Positions 1 through 7,302 of a stretch of 30,730 bases of DNA are shown here, in pieces. The stretch covers positions 1 to 30,730 of IMG/VR virus record IMGVR_UViG_3300033508_000303; one strand, 5' to 3'. Every line of letters starts with the position of its first letter. Position 1 is the stretch's first letter. The translations under genes were made by a program, and so were the position numbers. The DNA comes from a virus. Lineage: Duplodnaviria > Caudoviricetes. The notes below the pieces were generated by a model. It searched no databases. It saw only the letters and a list, made by a program, of their open reading frames with translations, and was not told where the DNA came from.

Positions 1-4
1 CACC

Positions 5-1102
5 ATGGGCCGCAAGCGCAAATCAGCAGACACCGGGCTAGAGCCACGGGTTTACGCCAAACACGGCGCGTTTTACTACGTGCACCGTGATGGCCGCTGG
101 GAGCGCCTGGGAACCGATCAGGTCAAAGCCAACGCCGCCGCGCGCCTGTTCAATGACCCCGATGGCAACTTTGGCACGCTGGTGTACTGGCTTGACATGT
201 TCCTGGTGCACTGCCAGGGCAAGGTGGCCACCGGCAAGCTGGCACAGCGCACCGTGGACGACTACGCCATTGCCATCAAAGGCACCGACACCAAGCCGGG
301 CGCGCTGCGCTTGTTCTTTGCGCCACCACTCACCCCGCTGGATCTGGACCCCGACATGGTGCAAGACTTTCTGGACACCAACGCCGAGCTGGGCCGCCCC
401 GTGCCGGCCAACCGCGAAAAGGCCTGCTTGAGCAGCTGCATCAGCTGGCTGATCCGCACCGGCCAGGTGCCCGGCCTCAAGATCAACCCCTGCCTGCGGG
501 CCAGCGGCATCAAGCGAAACCCCGAGTCCAAGCGCGACCGCTACGTCACCCACGACGAATACCGCGCCGTGTGGGCCGTGGCCACCACCAGCGTGCGCCT
601 GATGATGGAGTTGACCTATCGCACCCTGCAGCGCCCAGAGTCCGACATCATCCACTGGACCACCGCCGTGCTGCTGACAGAAGCCAACCAGCGCAAACTG
701 CACTTCAAGCAAGGCAAGACCAGCAAGTGGATGAAGGTGCTACTCACCCCCGAACTGGACGCCCTGGTGCGCCAAGGCCTGGGCACCGTCACCAAGCTGC
801 AGCAGCCCATCGTGCGCACCCGCATGGGTGAGGCGTACACCTATGACGGCCTGAGCGCCATGCTCAAACGCAGCATTGGCAAGGTCAACGCCGCCCGCAA
901 AAAGCAGGGCCTGCAGCCCATGCCCAGCTTTGGTTTCCGCGACCTCAAAGGCAAAGGCGCCACCGACATGTGGCTGGCCGGAGTGCCCATCGAGCAGATC
1001 CAGCAACTGTGCGGCCATGAGGACAAGACCACGACGGAGATCTACGTCAAGCAGCGATGGCGAGAAACCGCCACCGCCAACCTGGTGGTGATGGGCGCAT
1101 AA
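5..1102 (+). CDS. int: Phage tyrosine integrase
   Basis: 365 aa. N-terminal arm-binding-like segment (MGRKRK...PRVYAKHGAFYYV). Catalytic-domain motifs TLQRPESD, FRDLKGK, LCGH and TTEIY. Lies next to a tRNA-derived att core. Confidence 0.93.
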   Translation: MGRKRKSADTGLEPRVYAKHGAFYYVHRDGRWERLGTDQVKANAAARLFNDPDGNFGTLVYWLDMFLVHCQGKVATGKLAQRTVDDYAIAIKGTDTKPGALRLFFAPPLTPLDLDPDMVQDFLDTNAELGRPVPANREKACLSSCISWLIRTGQVPGLKINPCLRASGIKRNPESKRDRYVTHDEYRAVWAVATTSVRLMMELTYRTLQRPESDIIHWTTAVLLTEANQRKLHFKQGKTSKWMKVLLTPELDALVRQGLGTVTKLQQPIVRTRMGEAYTYDGLSAMLKRSIGKVNAARKKQGLQPMPSFGFRDLKGKGATDMWLAGVPIEQIQQLCGHEDKTTTEIYVKQRWRETATANLVVMGA

Positions 1103-1106
1103 AACG

Positions 1107-1127
1107 AAGGGCCGCAAGGCCCTTTTT
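1107..1127 (+). terminator. Rho-independent terminator after int
   Basis: AAGGGCC-GCAA-GGCCCTT stem-loop running into a T tract just after the int stop. Confidence 0.75.
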
Positions 1128-1282
1128 GCTGCCTGCCGATGCTGTCTAATATCCAGTACTTTGCGACCCGCCAAACCATGATTTCCCTAGCTAGACCCAC
1201 TGCCAAATCACAAATAATATTAGACAGCTTCAGGGCAAGAAGTGAGCATTCATGCGGGTTTGCGGGCGTTTTGCTAGGCCGC

Positions 1283-1327
1283 CTGTTAATCCGTAGGTCC
1301 CTGGTTCAAGCCCAGGTCGAGGAGCCA
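1283..1327 (+). other. att core: 3' half of tRNA-Asn(GTT)
   Basis: CTGTTAA anticodon loop, TCCGT, AGGTC, T-arm CCTGG-TTCAAGC-CCAGG, then TCGAGGA-G-CCA. No D-arm or 5' acceptor strand upstream. Confidence 0.88.
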
Positions 1328-1348
1328 CTTACAAGGCCGTAGCCATTG

Positions 1349-1383
1349 AAAAGCCCACTATCAAAACGGTAGTGGGCTTTTTT
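1349..1383. terminator. Likely bidirectional rho-independent terminator
   Basis: AAAAGCCCACTA (1349-1360) pairs with TAGTGGGCTTTT (1370-1381), with T tracts on both strands. Positioned to terminate the tRNA rebuilt on integration and the converging late transcript. Confidence 0.8.
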
Positions 1384-1546
1384 CTTATTAGACGTTTTAT
1401 TAGACAACTGTCTAATATCCAGTAGTTTGGCTGGTTCGGTGCGTCATTGGCAGCGCGCCAAAACGCGGCACATTGCACGATCAGCCACGCCCCACACCAC
1501 TGCACCACCCCGCCCACGATCACGCAGCCTGCGTGATTCTGGTGGG

Positions 1547-2053
1547 TCAGTTTTTCAGCGGTTCCCGCTCCCGCACCGCTAAGGCGCGGCAACTGGCATA
1601 GGCGTCGTTGATCCGGTCGGCTTGCTCGAGTCGCTCGAAAAGTAATCCAGAAAGCTCTGCAGAAAGTAACCCACCGGGTAAGGCTGCGTCTGCTGCACCA
1701 GCACCGGCAGGGCTGGCAACTGCGCTTGTGGGGCTATCACCACTGCCCCCACATCCGGGCGCTTGAGGGTCGCGCAGCCGCCCAGCGCTGTCAGTAGCAC
1801 GGCGCAGACGGTCAGCCAGAGCAGATACAGTTTTTTCATTTTGGTGGTCCTTTGCATTTTGGGCGTCGGTGAAGGCCTGCAGGCCAAGCTCGAGGGCACG
1901 GGTTTTGGCCTGCTCTCTGGCCAGGGTGGCTGCGGCGTCGCGTTTGAGCTTGTCAGTAGCGGCAATACAGCTGGCTTGCGAGCTGTACCAGCAAGCGCTG
2001 CCCGCCAAAGCGGCTGCAACAGTGGCTGCAGCCAGTATTAAACGGGCGCTCAT
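1547..2053 (-). CDS. i-spanin (Rz-like)
   Basis: 168 aa with an N-terminal hydrophobic segment and Ala-rich helical/coiled-coil body. Last gene of the lysis cassette and contains a nested lipoprotein ORF. Confidence 0.75.
   Translation of the reverse strand: MSARLILAAATVAAALAGSACWYSSQASCIAATDKLKRDAAATLAREQAKTRALELGLQAFTDAQNAKDHQNEKTVSALADRLRRATDSAGRLRDPQAPGCGGSGDSPTSAVASPAGAGAADAALPGGLLSAELSGLLFERLEQADRINDAYASCRALAVREREPLKN
1579..1839 (-). CDS. o-spanin (Rz1-like lipoprotein), nested in Rz
   Basis: Internal ATG at 1839 of the 1579..2019 ORF gives MKKLYLLWLTVCAVLLTALGG-C, a signal peptide with lipobox. Mature part is Pro-rich (86 aa total). Fully embedded in Rz in another frame. Confidence 0.78.
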   Translation of the reverse strand: MKKLYLLWLTVCAVLLTALGGCATLKRPDVGAVVIAPQAQLPALPVLVQQTQPYPVGYFLQSFLDYFSSDSSKPTGSTTPMPVAAP

Positions 2054-2259
2054 TCAAAGCCTTTCTTATGGCTATAGGTAGCGTCAACATCGAGCGCAAA
2101 GTTCATATCGGACATATCACCATCCATCCTGCGTTTGAGCATGGCGGCGTTGCGCACCTGATCGGCCAGCAATTGCTGACGCATCATCTCCAGGGTCTCT
2201 GCTGGCGTGTGTGAGGCCAATCGCTCGCGGCAACGGTCAGTCAAGATGCTGTCGCTCAT
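2050..2259 (-). CDS. Hypothetical protein (69 aa) in lysis cassette
   Basis: ATGA start/stop overlaps with both neighbours. AAGGA RBS upstream. Confidence 0.65.
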   Translation of the reverse strand: MSDSILTDRCRERLASHTPAETLEMMRQQLLADQVRNAAMLKRRMDGDMSDMNFALDVDATYSHKKGFE

Positions 2260-2432
2260 GGCCTTGTCCTTTCGCTCAAAATGCGTCTTTGGCGCTGCAC
2301 TTCCTGTTTTTCGGCCAGGCTCCTTTCAGCCAACAGGCGTTGAACTTTTTCAACGTGCAGATCAGTCTCCAGTTCGCTTCTTTTGGCCATGCAGGCCGCG
2401 AGCTGGTCTTGCAAAGAGTGGGGTGCTTTCAT
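2256..2432 (-). CDS. Hypothetical protein (58 aa, charged/helical), absent from ORF track
   Basis: Hand translation: MKAPHSLQDQLAACMAKRSELETDLHVEKVQRLLAERSLAEKQEVQRQRRILSERTRP*. AAGGAG RBS. ATGA overlaps with the endolysin stop and the next start. Confidence 0.65.
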   Translation of the reverse strand: MKAPHSLQDQLAACMAKRSELETDLHVEKVQRLLAERSLAEKQEVQRQRRILSERTRP

Positions 2433-2899
2433 AAGGCTCCTTTCAAACAGATTTCTTTGTCCAGCGCTCTGCGCTTGGTGAGGCCTGGCAGTGCCACCAT
2501 GACGCCCATCACGCGAGCCTTATCCCATCGCGTCAGCTGGTTGCAAGCGCCCACGAGGTCGCCAGCTTTGAGCATGCGTGCGGCGGTTGATCGCTTGGTG
2601 TCGCAGGCCACCGTTGACCCGATGTTGAAAGTCGCATCGCCAAATGCGGCCAACACTTCGGGCGGCAGGCCTGGCACACACCGGTCGACGATCTCAATAG
2701 CGTAGCGCATGTCTTTGTCCAGCAGCGCATCACACTCAGGTATGGTGTAGACCTTGTGTTTGTCGATATCTGCTCCCGTGTGGCCTCGGCAGACTGTGAT
2801 AACGCCGGGTGGGTCGTAGTACCAGACCTGTCGCAACCCCTCTGCTGGCCCTGCTATGGCTGCTGCCAAAGCTACTGCAATGATCTTGCGTTGTGTCAT
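2429..2899 (-). CDS. Endolysin, GH24 lysozyme, probable SAR type
   Basis: E-X8-D-X5-T triad (EGLRQVWYYDPPGVIT) preceded by an Ala-rich weakly hydrophobic N-terminus. C-terminal LPGLTKRR motif. Start placed at ATG 2899 (ATGA overlap with upstream gene). Confidence 0.9.
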   Translation of the reverse strand: MTQRKIIAVALAAAIAGPAEGLRQVWYYDPPGVITVCRGHTGADIDKHKVYTIPECDALLDKDMRYAIEIVDRCVPGLPPEVLAAFGDATFNIGSTVACDTKRSTAARMLKAGDLVGACNQLTRWDKARVMGVMVALPGLTKRRALDKEICLKGAL

Positions 2900-3213
2900 T
2901 TGTGGGATGCGTCCTTGATCACGTACCACAAACCAATCATAGGCCCGGCCAGGCCTGCAGTCCATTTGATGGCGGTCGCAAAATACCCCAACACTTTGAA
3001 AAAGCCTTTGCCGTTGTGCAGTATGTCAAGCAGTTCAGCAATGCCTTCTTTGACCTCATGCACACTGCTCTCAATGCGCGTCATGCGCTCATCGCCGTCG
3101 TCCAGACGCTGCTCTACGGTACGCAGGGCGCACGCTTCTGGTGGATTGGTATCTTCGGCCCGGCGTTTCAGTTCGCTCAGGCGGCGCATTGGCTGGGCAG
3201 GCAGATCGCTCAT
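2896..3213 (-). CDS. Holin/antiholin-like membrane protein
   Basis: 105 aa with coiled-coil N-terminus and C-terminal hydrophobic segment. Directly upstream of and coupled to the endolysin. Confidence 0.55.
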   Translation of the reverse strand: MSDLPAQPMRRLSELKRRAEDTNPPEACALRTVEQRLDDGDERMTRIESSVHEVKEGIAELLDILHNGKGFFKVLGYFATAIKWTAGLAGPMIGLWYVIKDASHK

Positions 3214-3449
3214 CGGGTGGCTCCTGTGATTCTCAAATAAGTTCTGTAGGCTTGCAGGCAGTGGTCTGGCTCCATGGCACTAAACAGCCAGTCGATCAAG
3301 GGGCGCAAGATGCGCCCCTGAATCTTGCCGTTCACCTCCAGGTGCCAGGCTTTGCTGCTCAGGGTGTCTCCAATGGCGCAGTTGCCAAGCGTGATGATGG
3401 CCAGCAGCAGGTTGTCTGCGATATAGGCTATGGTGAGGGCGCGGCTCAT
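3210..3449 (-). CDS. Small phage protein (79 aa)
   Basis: Resembles a common small phage family (D-x-L...DTLSSKAW...IDWLF...DHC..AY). Tightly packed with its neighbours. Confidence 0.7.
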   Translation of the reverse strand: MSRALTIAYIADNLLLAIITLGNCAIGDTLSSKAWHLEVNGKIQGRILRPLIDWLFSAMEPDHCLQAYRTYLRITGATR

Positions 3450-3908
3450 TTACAGCCCCAGCTTGGCGCGCTCATCACGCCCCCACTGGCGCACACCTTC
3501 CACAAACGCGCCAAAAGCCAGCAGCTCCTCCTGCTCGCCAGGCGCAAATGTGTAGGCCCCCAGTGCAACGCCAACGCCAATGCGGGCAAAGTACGCTTCG
3601 TCTTCGGCGCTGTAGGCATCGCGGATTTTTTGCAGCATCCGGGCGCTGATCAGCTTGACGATCGGGCTGGCCGCTTTGATCTGGGCCTTTAGGGTGTCGT
3701 CCAGCGTCAGCACCTCGATGCTGGGCGCAATCTCGGCGGGCTGGGCAGTAGGCAAGGTATTGCCGTCAAACAGCGCAACAACCGTGCGGCCATCTGGCAA
3801 TGTGGCCAACTCTTGCGCGGCCTGTTCGCCAGGCTGCGGCTCAGGCAGGCGCAGTGTGTGGGTGGTGATGGCGTCTACAACTTGGCGGTAGGCGATCAAA
3901 GAGATCAT
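3450..3908 (-). CDS. Hypothetical phage protein (152 aa), possible fibre chaperone
   Basis: Ends in ...WGRDERAKLGL, a helical C-terminus like those of small genes following fibre genes. Function inferred from position only. Confidence 0.7.
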   Translation of the reverse strand: MISLIAYRQVVDAITTHTLRLPEPQPGEQAAQELATLPDGRTVVALFDGNTLPTAQPAEIAPSIEVLTLDDTLKAQIKAASPIVKLISARMLQKIRDAYSAEDEAYFARIGVGVALGAYTFAPGEQEELLAFGAFVEGVRQWGRDERAKLGL

Positions 3909-4380
3909 GGTGATGGTCTTTCAGAGTGGTTAAAAGGTGGTGCAGGCTGGCCGTGTGGCGCGCATGGCCCAGGATGGAAATCACACTCTCAAGTGCGTCA
4001 CATCTGGCTGCTTGCGTGAAGGTGTAAAGGCTGTGCTTACGCACAAAGCGGGTGATGGCCAGGTACCTGTGTGTTGCCGTTTTCTCTGCGCCACTGCCCG
4101 GTAGTGCACCTTCTTTGAATGCAAAGTAGCCCAGCTCATGCGCCAGGCGCAGCAACATCCGCAGCTGCTCGTGGCAAATGTCCATGTTGGTCAGGCTGGT
4201 TTTCTTTTGATAGCGTTTTTGCGATTCAACGATAAAGCCGTACAGCTCATACGCCTTGCAGCGAATGGCCTGCGACAGCCCAAACTTCTCGTGCTTCGGA
4301 AAGTGGTTGAGGTACAGGTTCATTTGCTTGGCAAAAGCAACAAACTTGACATCGAGCTTGGCTTCATCGTGTATGCCCAT
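3841..4380 (-). pseudogene. avd: DGR accessory protein Avd, truncated and fused in frame to a probable RT C-terminal remnant
   Basis: Residues ~1-110 match the Avd four-helix-bundle pattern (HFPKHEKFGLSQAIR...KKTSLTNMDICHEQLRMLLRLAHELGY). The expected terminal G-x-x-I-G-G-W helix is missing. The rest (RFVRKHSLYTF...SILGHARHTAS) resembles the tail of DGR/group II-like RTs. Starts 17 bp after the target gene. Confidence 0.8.
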
Positions 4381-4397
4381 CGCTATCGCTCTGGCAC
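4373..4397 (-). promoter_or_regulatory. Candidate DGR target-recognition hairpin downstream of VR
   Basis: Minus strand reads GTGCCA-GA-GC-GATA-GC-GA-TGGGCAT right after the target stop: an imperfect stem with a GRNA-type (GATA) loop. Confidence 0.5.
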
Positions 4398-4535
4398 TCA
4401 GAGATACAAGGCGGCACGCAAGCCGTAGTTATCGTACGAGTGGTCACGGACACCGCCGCAAAACAGGGCCCAGACTCCTGAGTTCGAGGAGAAGTTCCAG
4501 CTCCCACTGGCGAGCGGGCACATCTCGTTGGGGCG
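4398..4535 (-). other. DGR variable region (VR)
   Basis: 3' end of the target gene. Codons between the scaffold residues almost all end in C/T (AGC, AAC, TTC, TCC, TTT, GGC, GGT, GAC, CAC, TAC, GAT), as expected from adenine mutagenesis of AAY template codons. Upstream boundary approximate. Confidence 0.7.
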
Positions 4536-5882
4536 AGCGTCGTACATGTAGTCGCTGCCAAACTGATTCGATCCGCCAATACCACTCACCAAGGGCACTC
4601 CGGCGCCTGCCATGGCCCAGGCGGTGCCGCTGGTGGCAGCAGACAGTACCTGTGCAGCCGAGCCAAACACCTTATTGGTGTTGCTGGCTGTCAATACATC
4701 GTAGGTAGCACCGATGTTGGTGTACATGGCCGCCAGGCCAGTGGCTCCCCAGGCGTCGGTGGCCAGCGTGTTACCGCTGGTGACATTGGCCACGTCAACG
4801 GATGTATTAAGCAAAAAGTAGCTGGCACCGTTGCTTGTCAGGCCAAACGGAAAGATCTCCCACACCAGGCCGTTAAGGTCGGCTACACCGCAGTTTTGCC
4901 CGTTGTGAGTTGTCTTGGAAAAGAAGTTGGCACTGCCTGTTTTTCCGCATCCAGCATAGGTGGCGTTGCCGTCCCACACGTAAGCAATGGAAACATCTTG
5001 CGCATCACCCAGGGCGTTGTTGTTGTTGCCTTTGGGAAAATTTTTAACGCCAGCGGCGTCATACCAGGCGTTGTAGGTGGTGCCAGTGCTGGCACTGCCA
5101 TGCGCGTTGGCCAGTAAGGCGAGAGCGGCATTTTGAAAAATTGTCTTGGGGTGGAACGATGCACCACGTGTCTTGGCCACACCAACGGCACCATAAAAGG
5201 CATTGGCTTGTCCAACTGCGCTGAATTGTGAGTCTGCTAGCCCACCCCGGATCGCGCTGGTTAACACGATACCGTTTTTGAGTGAGCTGGCCACACTACC
5301 GTTTTTGCTGACCAAGTACTTGTCAACAAAGAAGCCGGGGCAGTTGGTGCCACCGTTATAAAACGCCCGGTGTAGCGCGTAGCCAGCCGCGTTGGCAGTG
5401 GCTACGTCAACAAATGAGTAAAACGATTTGATGTCAACGACGTTGAGCGCCAGGCCGTTGGCACCGGTGCCGTATTTGTAATAGAAAGCGGGGATGTAGC
5501 ACATGATGCTACCGTCGCTGTATTGGTAGTTGCCATAGTTATCGCTGGCCGGGTCTTCGGTGCCGTAGAGCTTGGCCATGTTGGCGGGCAGGCTGGGCGC
5601 AATGCCTACACCAAAACCCTGCTTTCCAGGTATGCCAATGTTGTTGATGCTGTTGGCTTGTGCTGACAAGGCGGCAAGAATTATGGCTTGGGCTTCTGTT
5701 TTGACAAAAGCTGTTGTCGCAATTTGGGTGCTGCTATTTCCAGTGGCCGCTGTCGGTGCGGTTGGGGCCCCAGTAAGTGCGGGCGACACCAAGGGGGCTT
5801 TGCTGGCCAGGGCTGTGGTCAGCGCTTTGACGTCAGCCCCCACCGCTGCCGCAAGCGCCGCAATGCGCGTCTCAAGGCTCAT
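4398..5882 (-). CDS. Tail fibre/receptor-binding protein, DGR target (Mtd-like C-type-lectin-fold C-terminus)
   Basis: 494 aa. Tail-fibre repeat KAPLVSPALTGAPTAPTA...TQIATTAFV. CLec/FGE-like motifs FFVDKY and GVADLNGLVWE. C-terminal GSW...GVWAL......YGLRAALYL. Immediately upstream of avd. Confidence 0.85.
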   Translation of the reverse strand: MSLETRIAALAAAVGADVKALTTALASKAPLVSPALTGAPTAPTAATGNSSTQIATTAFVKTEAQAIILAALSAQANSINNIGIPGKQGFGVGIAPSLPANMAKLYGTEDPASDNYGNYQYSDGSIMCYIPAFYYKYGTGANGLALNVVDIKSFYSFVDVATANAAGYALHRAFYNGGTNCPGFFVDKYLVSKNGSVASSLKNGIVLTSAIRGGLADSQFSAVGQANAFYGAVGVAKTRGASFHPKTIFQNAALALLANAHGSASTGTTYNAWYDAAGVKNFPKGNNNNALGDAQDVSIAYVWDGNATYAGCGKTGSANFFSKTTHNGQNCGVADLNGLVWEIFPFGLTSNGASYFLLNTSVDVANVTSGNTLATDAWGATGLAAMYTNIGATYDVLTASNTNKVFGSAAQVLSAATSGTAWAMAGAGVPLVSGIGGSNQFGSDYMYDARPNEMCPLASGSWNFSSNSGVWALFCGGVRDHSYDNYGLRAALYL

Positions 5883-5887
5883 GATGT

Positions 5888-6421
5888 TTACGCCTTGGCG
5901 GTGGTGTAGTCAGCGGCCAGGTCGCGCTCTGTGTTGCCAACGGCGGTTGTCAGCGTGCTCAGATCGGATGCTGCGGCGGCACCAATGTTGCTGCGGGCTT
6001 GCGTTTGCTGCGGTGTAGTGATGGTCTGAGCGCTATCAAAGCGCACGCGGTTGGCAATGTCGGTCGCAATGGTGACCGCAAAGTTGGGGTCGTTGTTGAG
6101 TGCGGCAGACAGCTCATTGAGCGTATCAAGCGCTGCCCCTGCGCCGTTGACAAGGCTATTGGTGACGGCGGCTTTGGCGGCCTCGATGCTGTCGTAAATC
6201 TTGTCTGCAGACCAAGTCACAAGCGTATTGCCGTTGCCAGCGGTATCGTTGATCTGGGCGCCTGCGCTGGCTGTGGCGGCAACGAGCTCATTGATAGCTG
6301 CGACCAGGTTGGTCTTGGTGACCGTGGTCAGCGCAGACAAACTGCCTGCGGCGTTGTTGATGGCTTTGACGTCAGTGCCAATGGCTTGAGCGAGGGCGAC
6401 GATGCGGGTTTCGAGGGACAT
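5888..6421 (-). CDS. Fibre-associated structural protein (177 aa)
   Basis: Tail-fibre motif ALDTLNELSAALNNDPNFA and QQTQARSNIGA. N-terminus similar to that of the DGR target. Confidence 0.75.
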   Translation of the reverse strand: MSLETRIVALAQAIGTDVKAINNAAGSLSALTTVTKTNLVAAINELVAATASAGAQINDTAGNGNTLVTWSADKIYDSIEAAKAAVTNSLVNGAGAALDTLNELSAALNNDPNFAVTIATDIANRVRFDSAQTITTPQQTQARSNIGAAAASDLSTLTTAVGNTERDLAADYTTAKA

Positions 6422-6424
6422 GGT

Positions 6425-6664
6425 TTAACTCCGTGAAAGAATGTAATAAGCAAGGGGATCGATAAGGATTTCGGGCACAAACAGGGCGTTGTCACTGCCG
6501 GTGGTCAGGCGGTTGTCGGGGTCGGTGCTGATGGCGGCTGCGCCCGCACCTGGCGGGCCAGGTGGGCCTTGCACACCGCTGCCTACCTGCACCAAGGTGG
6601 TGGGTTGGCCAGCGTTGAGCAGGGTGGTGCTTTGCGGTTGGTTCAGGATGGTGATGGCAGTCAT
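6425..6664 (-). CDS. Small protein with short collagen-like G-X-Y run
   Basis: 79 aa containing GVQGPPGPPG. Coupled to the upstream gene by ATGA overlap. Confidence 0.7.
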   Translation of the reverse strand: MTAITILNQPQSTTLLNAGQPTTLVQVGSGVQGPPGPPGAGAAAISTDPDNRLTTGSDNALFVPEILIDPLAYYILSRS

Positions 6665-7050
6665 GGCTTGGTGACCTCAGGGCTAAGAGTGACTGTGCCG
6701 CGCAGCAGGCGGATCACATCGCCGCCAGGTGCAGGTGGCACCAGCTCCAGGTCGTACACGGCTGGGTCTGCGGTAAAGGTAAGCACTGCGGTATCAGCGT
6801 CGCTGATGTACAGGTCTATCTTTCCGCTGGCTGGCGTGATGGTGATGCCGTCGTTCTCGGTGGTCAGCTCCACCAGCACGGTGGTGGATGCATAGTCCGG
6901 GCGTACCTGCATCTTGGCGCTGTAGCCAGTCAGGTCAATGGGCAGCATGTCCGCAATGGGGGTGCCTACGGGCGCTGGCTGCAGCAGGGTGTAGCTGTCG
7001 CGCCAGGTGGCACCCTGCTCGATGGTCAGATTTTTCTTGGCGGCTGGCAT
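6661..7050 (-). CDS. Phage structural/fibre adaptor protein (129 aa)
   Basis: Common phage beta-sandwich pattern: LTIEQGATW...PIDLTGYSAKMQVR...YDLEL...RLLRGTVTLSPEVT. AGGAG RBS. Confidence 0.8.
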   Translation of the reverse strand: MPAAKKNLTIEQGATWRDSYTLLQPAPVGTPIADMLPIDLTGYSAKMQVRPDYASTTVLVELTTENDGITITPASGKIDLYISDADTAVLTFTADPAVYDLELVPPAPGGDVIRLLRGTVTLSPEVTKP

Positions 7051-7068
7051 GGTGTGGTCTGCTCCTGG

Positions 7069-7302
7069 TTACATGGGGTAGGCGGGGCCGCTGGTGGCAG
7101 GCAGCGGGTAGGCAATACCGTTTTTGATCTGCACACGCTGGCCTGGGCGCAGTGGCGTGCCAGCCGGGGCGCTGGCCAGCAATGCGCCGCCAGGGGTGGC
7201 GATGCGGGCGCTACCTGCAGCGTTGACGCTGAGCACCTGGCCCAGCGTGCTGTCAGGGGTAGCTTGCAGCAGGCGCGCCAGGGTATGCAGGGCTGAGCTC
7301 AT
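7069..7302 (-). CDS. Hypothetical tail protein (77 aa)
   Basis: ATGA-coupled in the tail operon. Small beta-rich pattern. Confidence 0.6.
   Translation of the reverse strand: MSSALHTLARLLQATPDSTLGQVLSVNAAGSARIATPGGALLASAPAGTPLRPGQRVQIKNGIAYPLPATSGPAYPM

Larger units (their letters stand above)
1141..1424. repeat. attP arm-type repeats (five copies of GTCTAATA/TATTAGAC)
   Basis: CTGTCTAATATCCAGTA is a 17-bp direct repeat at 1142-1158 and 1408-1424. Inverted copies lie at 1217-1228, 1386-1393 and 1398-1406. Copies occur on both sides of the tRNA fragment. Confidence 0.8.

Noticed and set aside
1250-1327. Complete tRNA-Asn gene
   Set aside because: Only the anticodon loop to CCA is present. 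Upstream bases cannot form the anticodon stem, D-arm or acceptor stem.
1519-1537. ATCACGCA-GCC-TGCGTGAT hairpin after Rz as a terminator
   Set aside because: The 8-bp stem is real but has no T tract in the minus-strand direction, so its function cannot be supported.
3841-4400. Intact, active DGR with TR and RT
   Set aside because: No adenine-rich copy of the VR and no RT core were found by eye in the window. A copy outside the window cannot be excluded.
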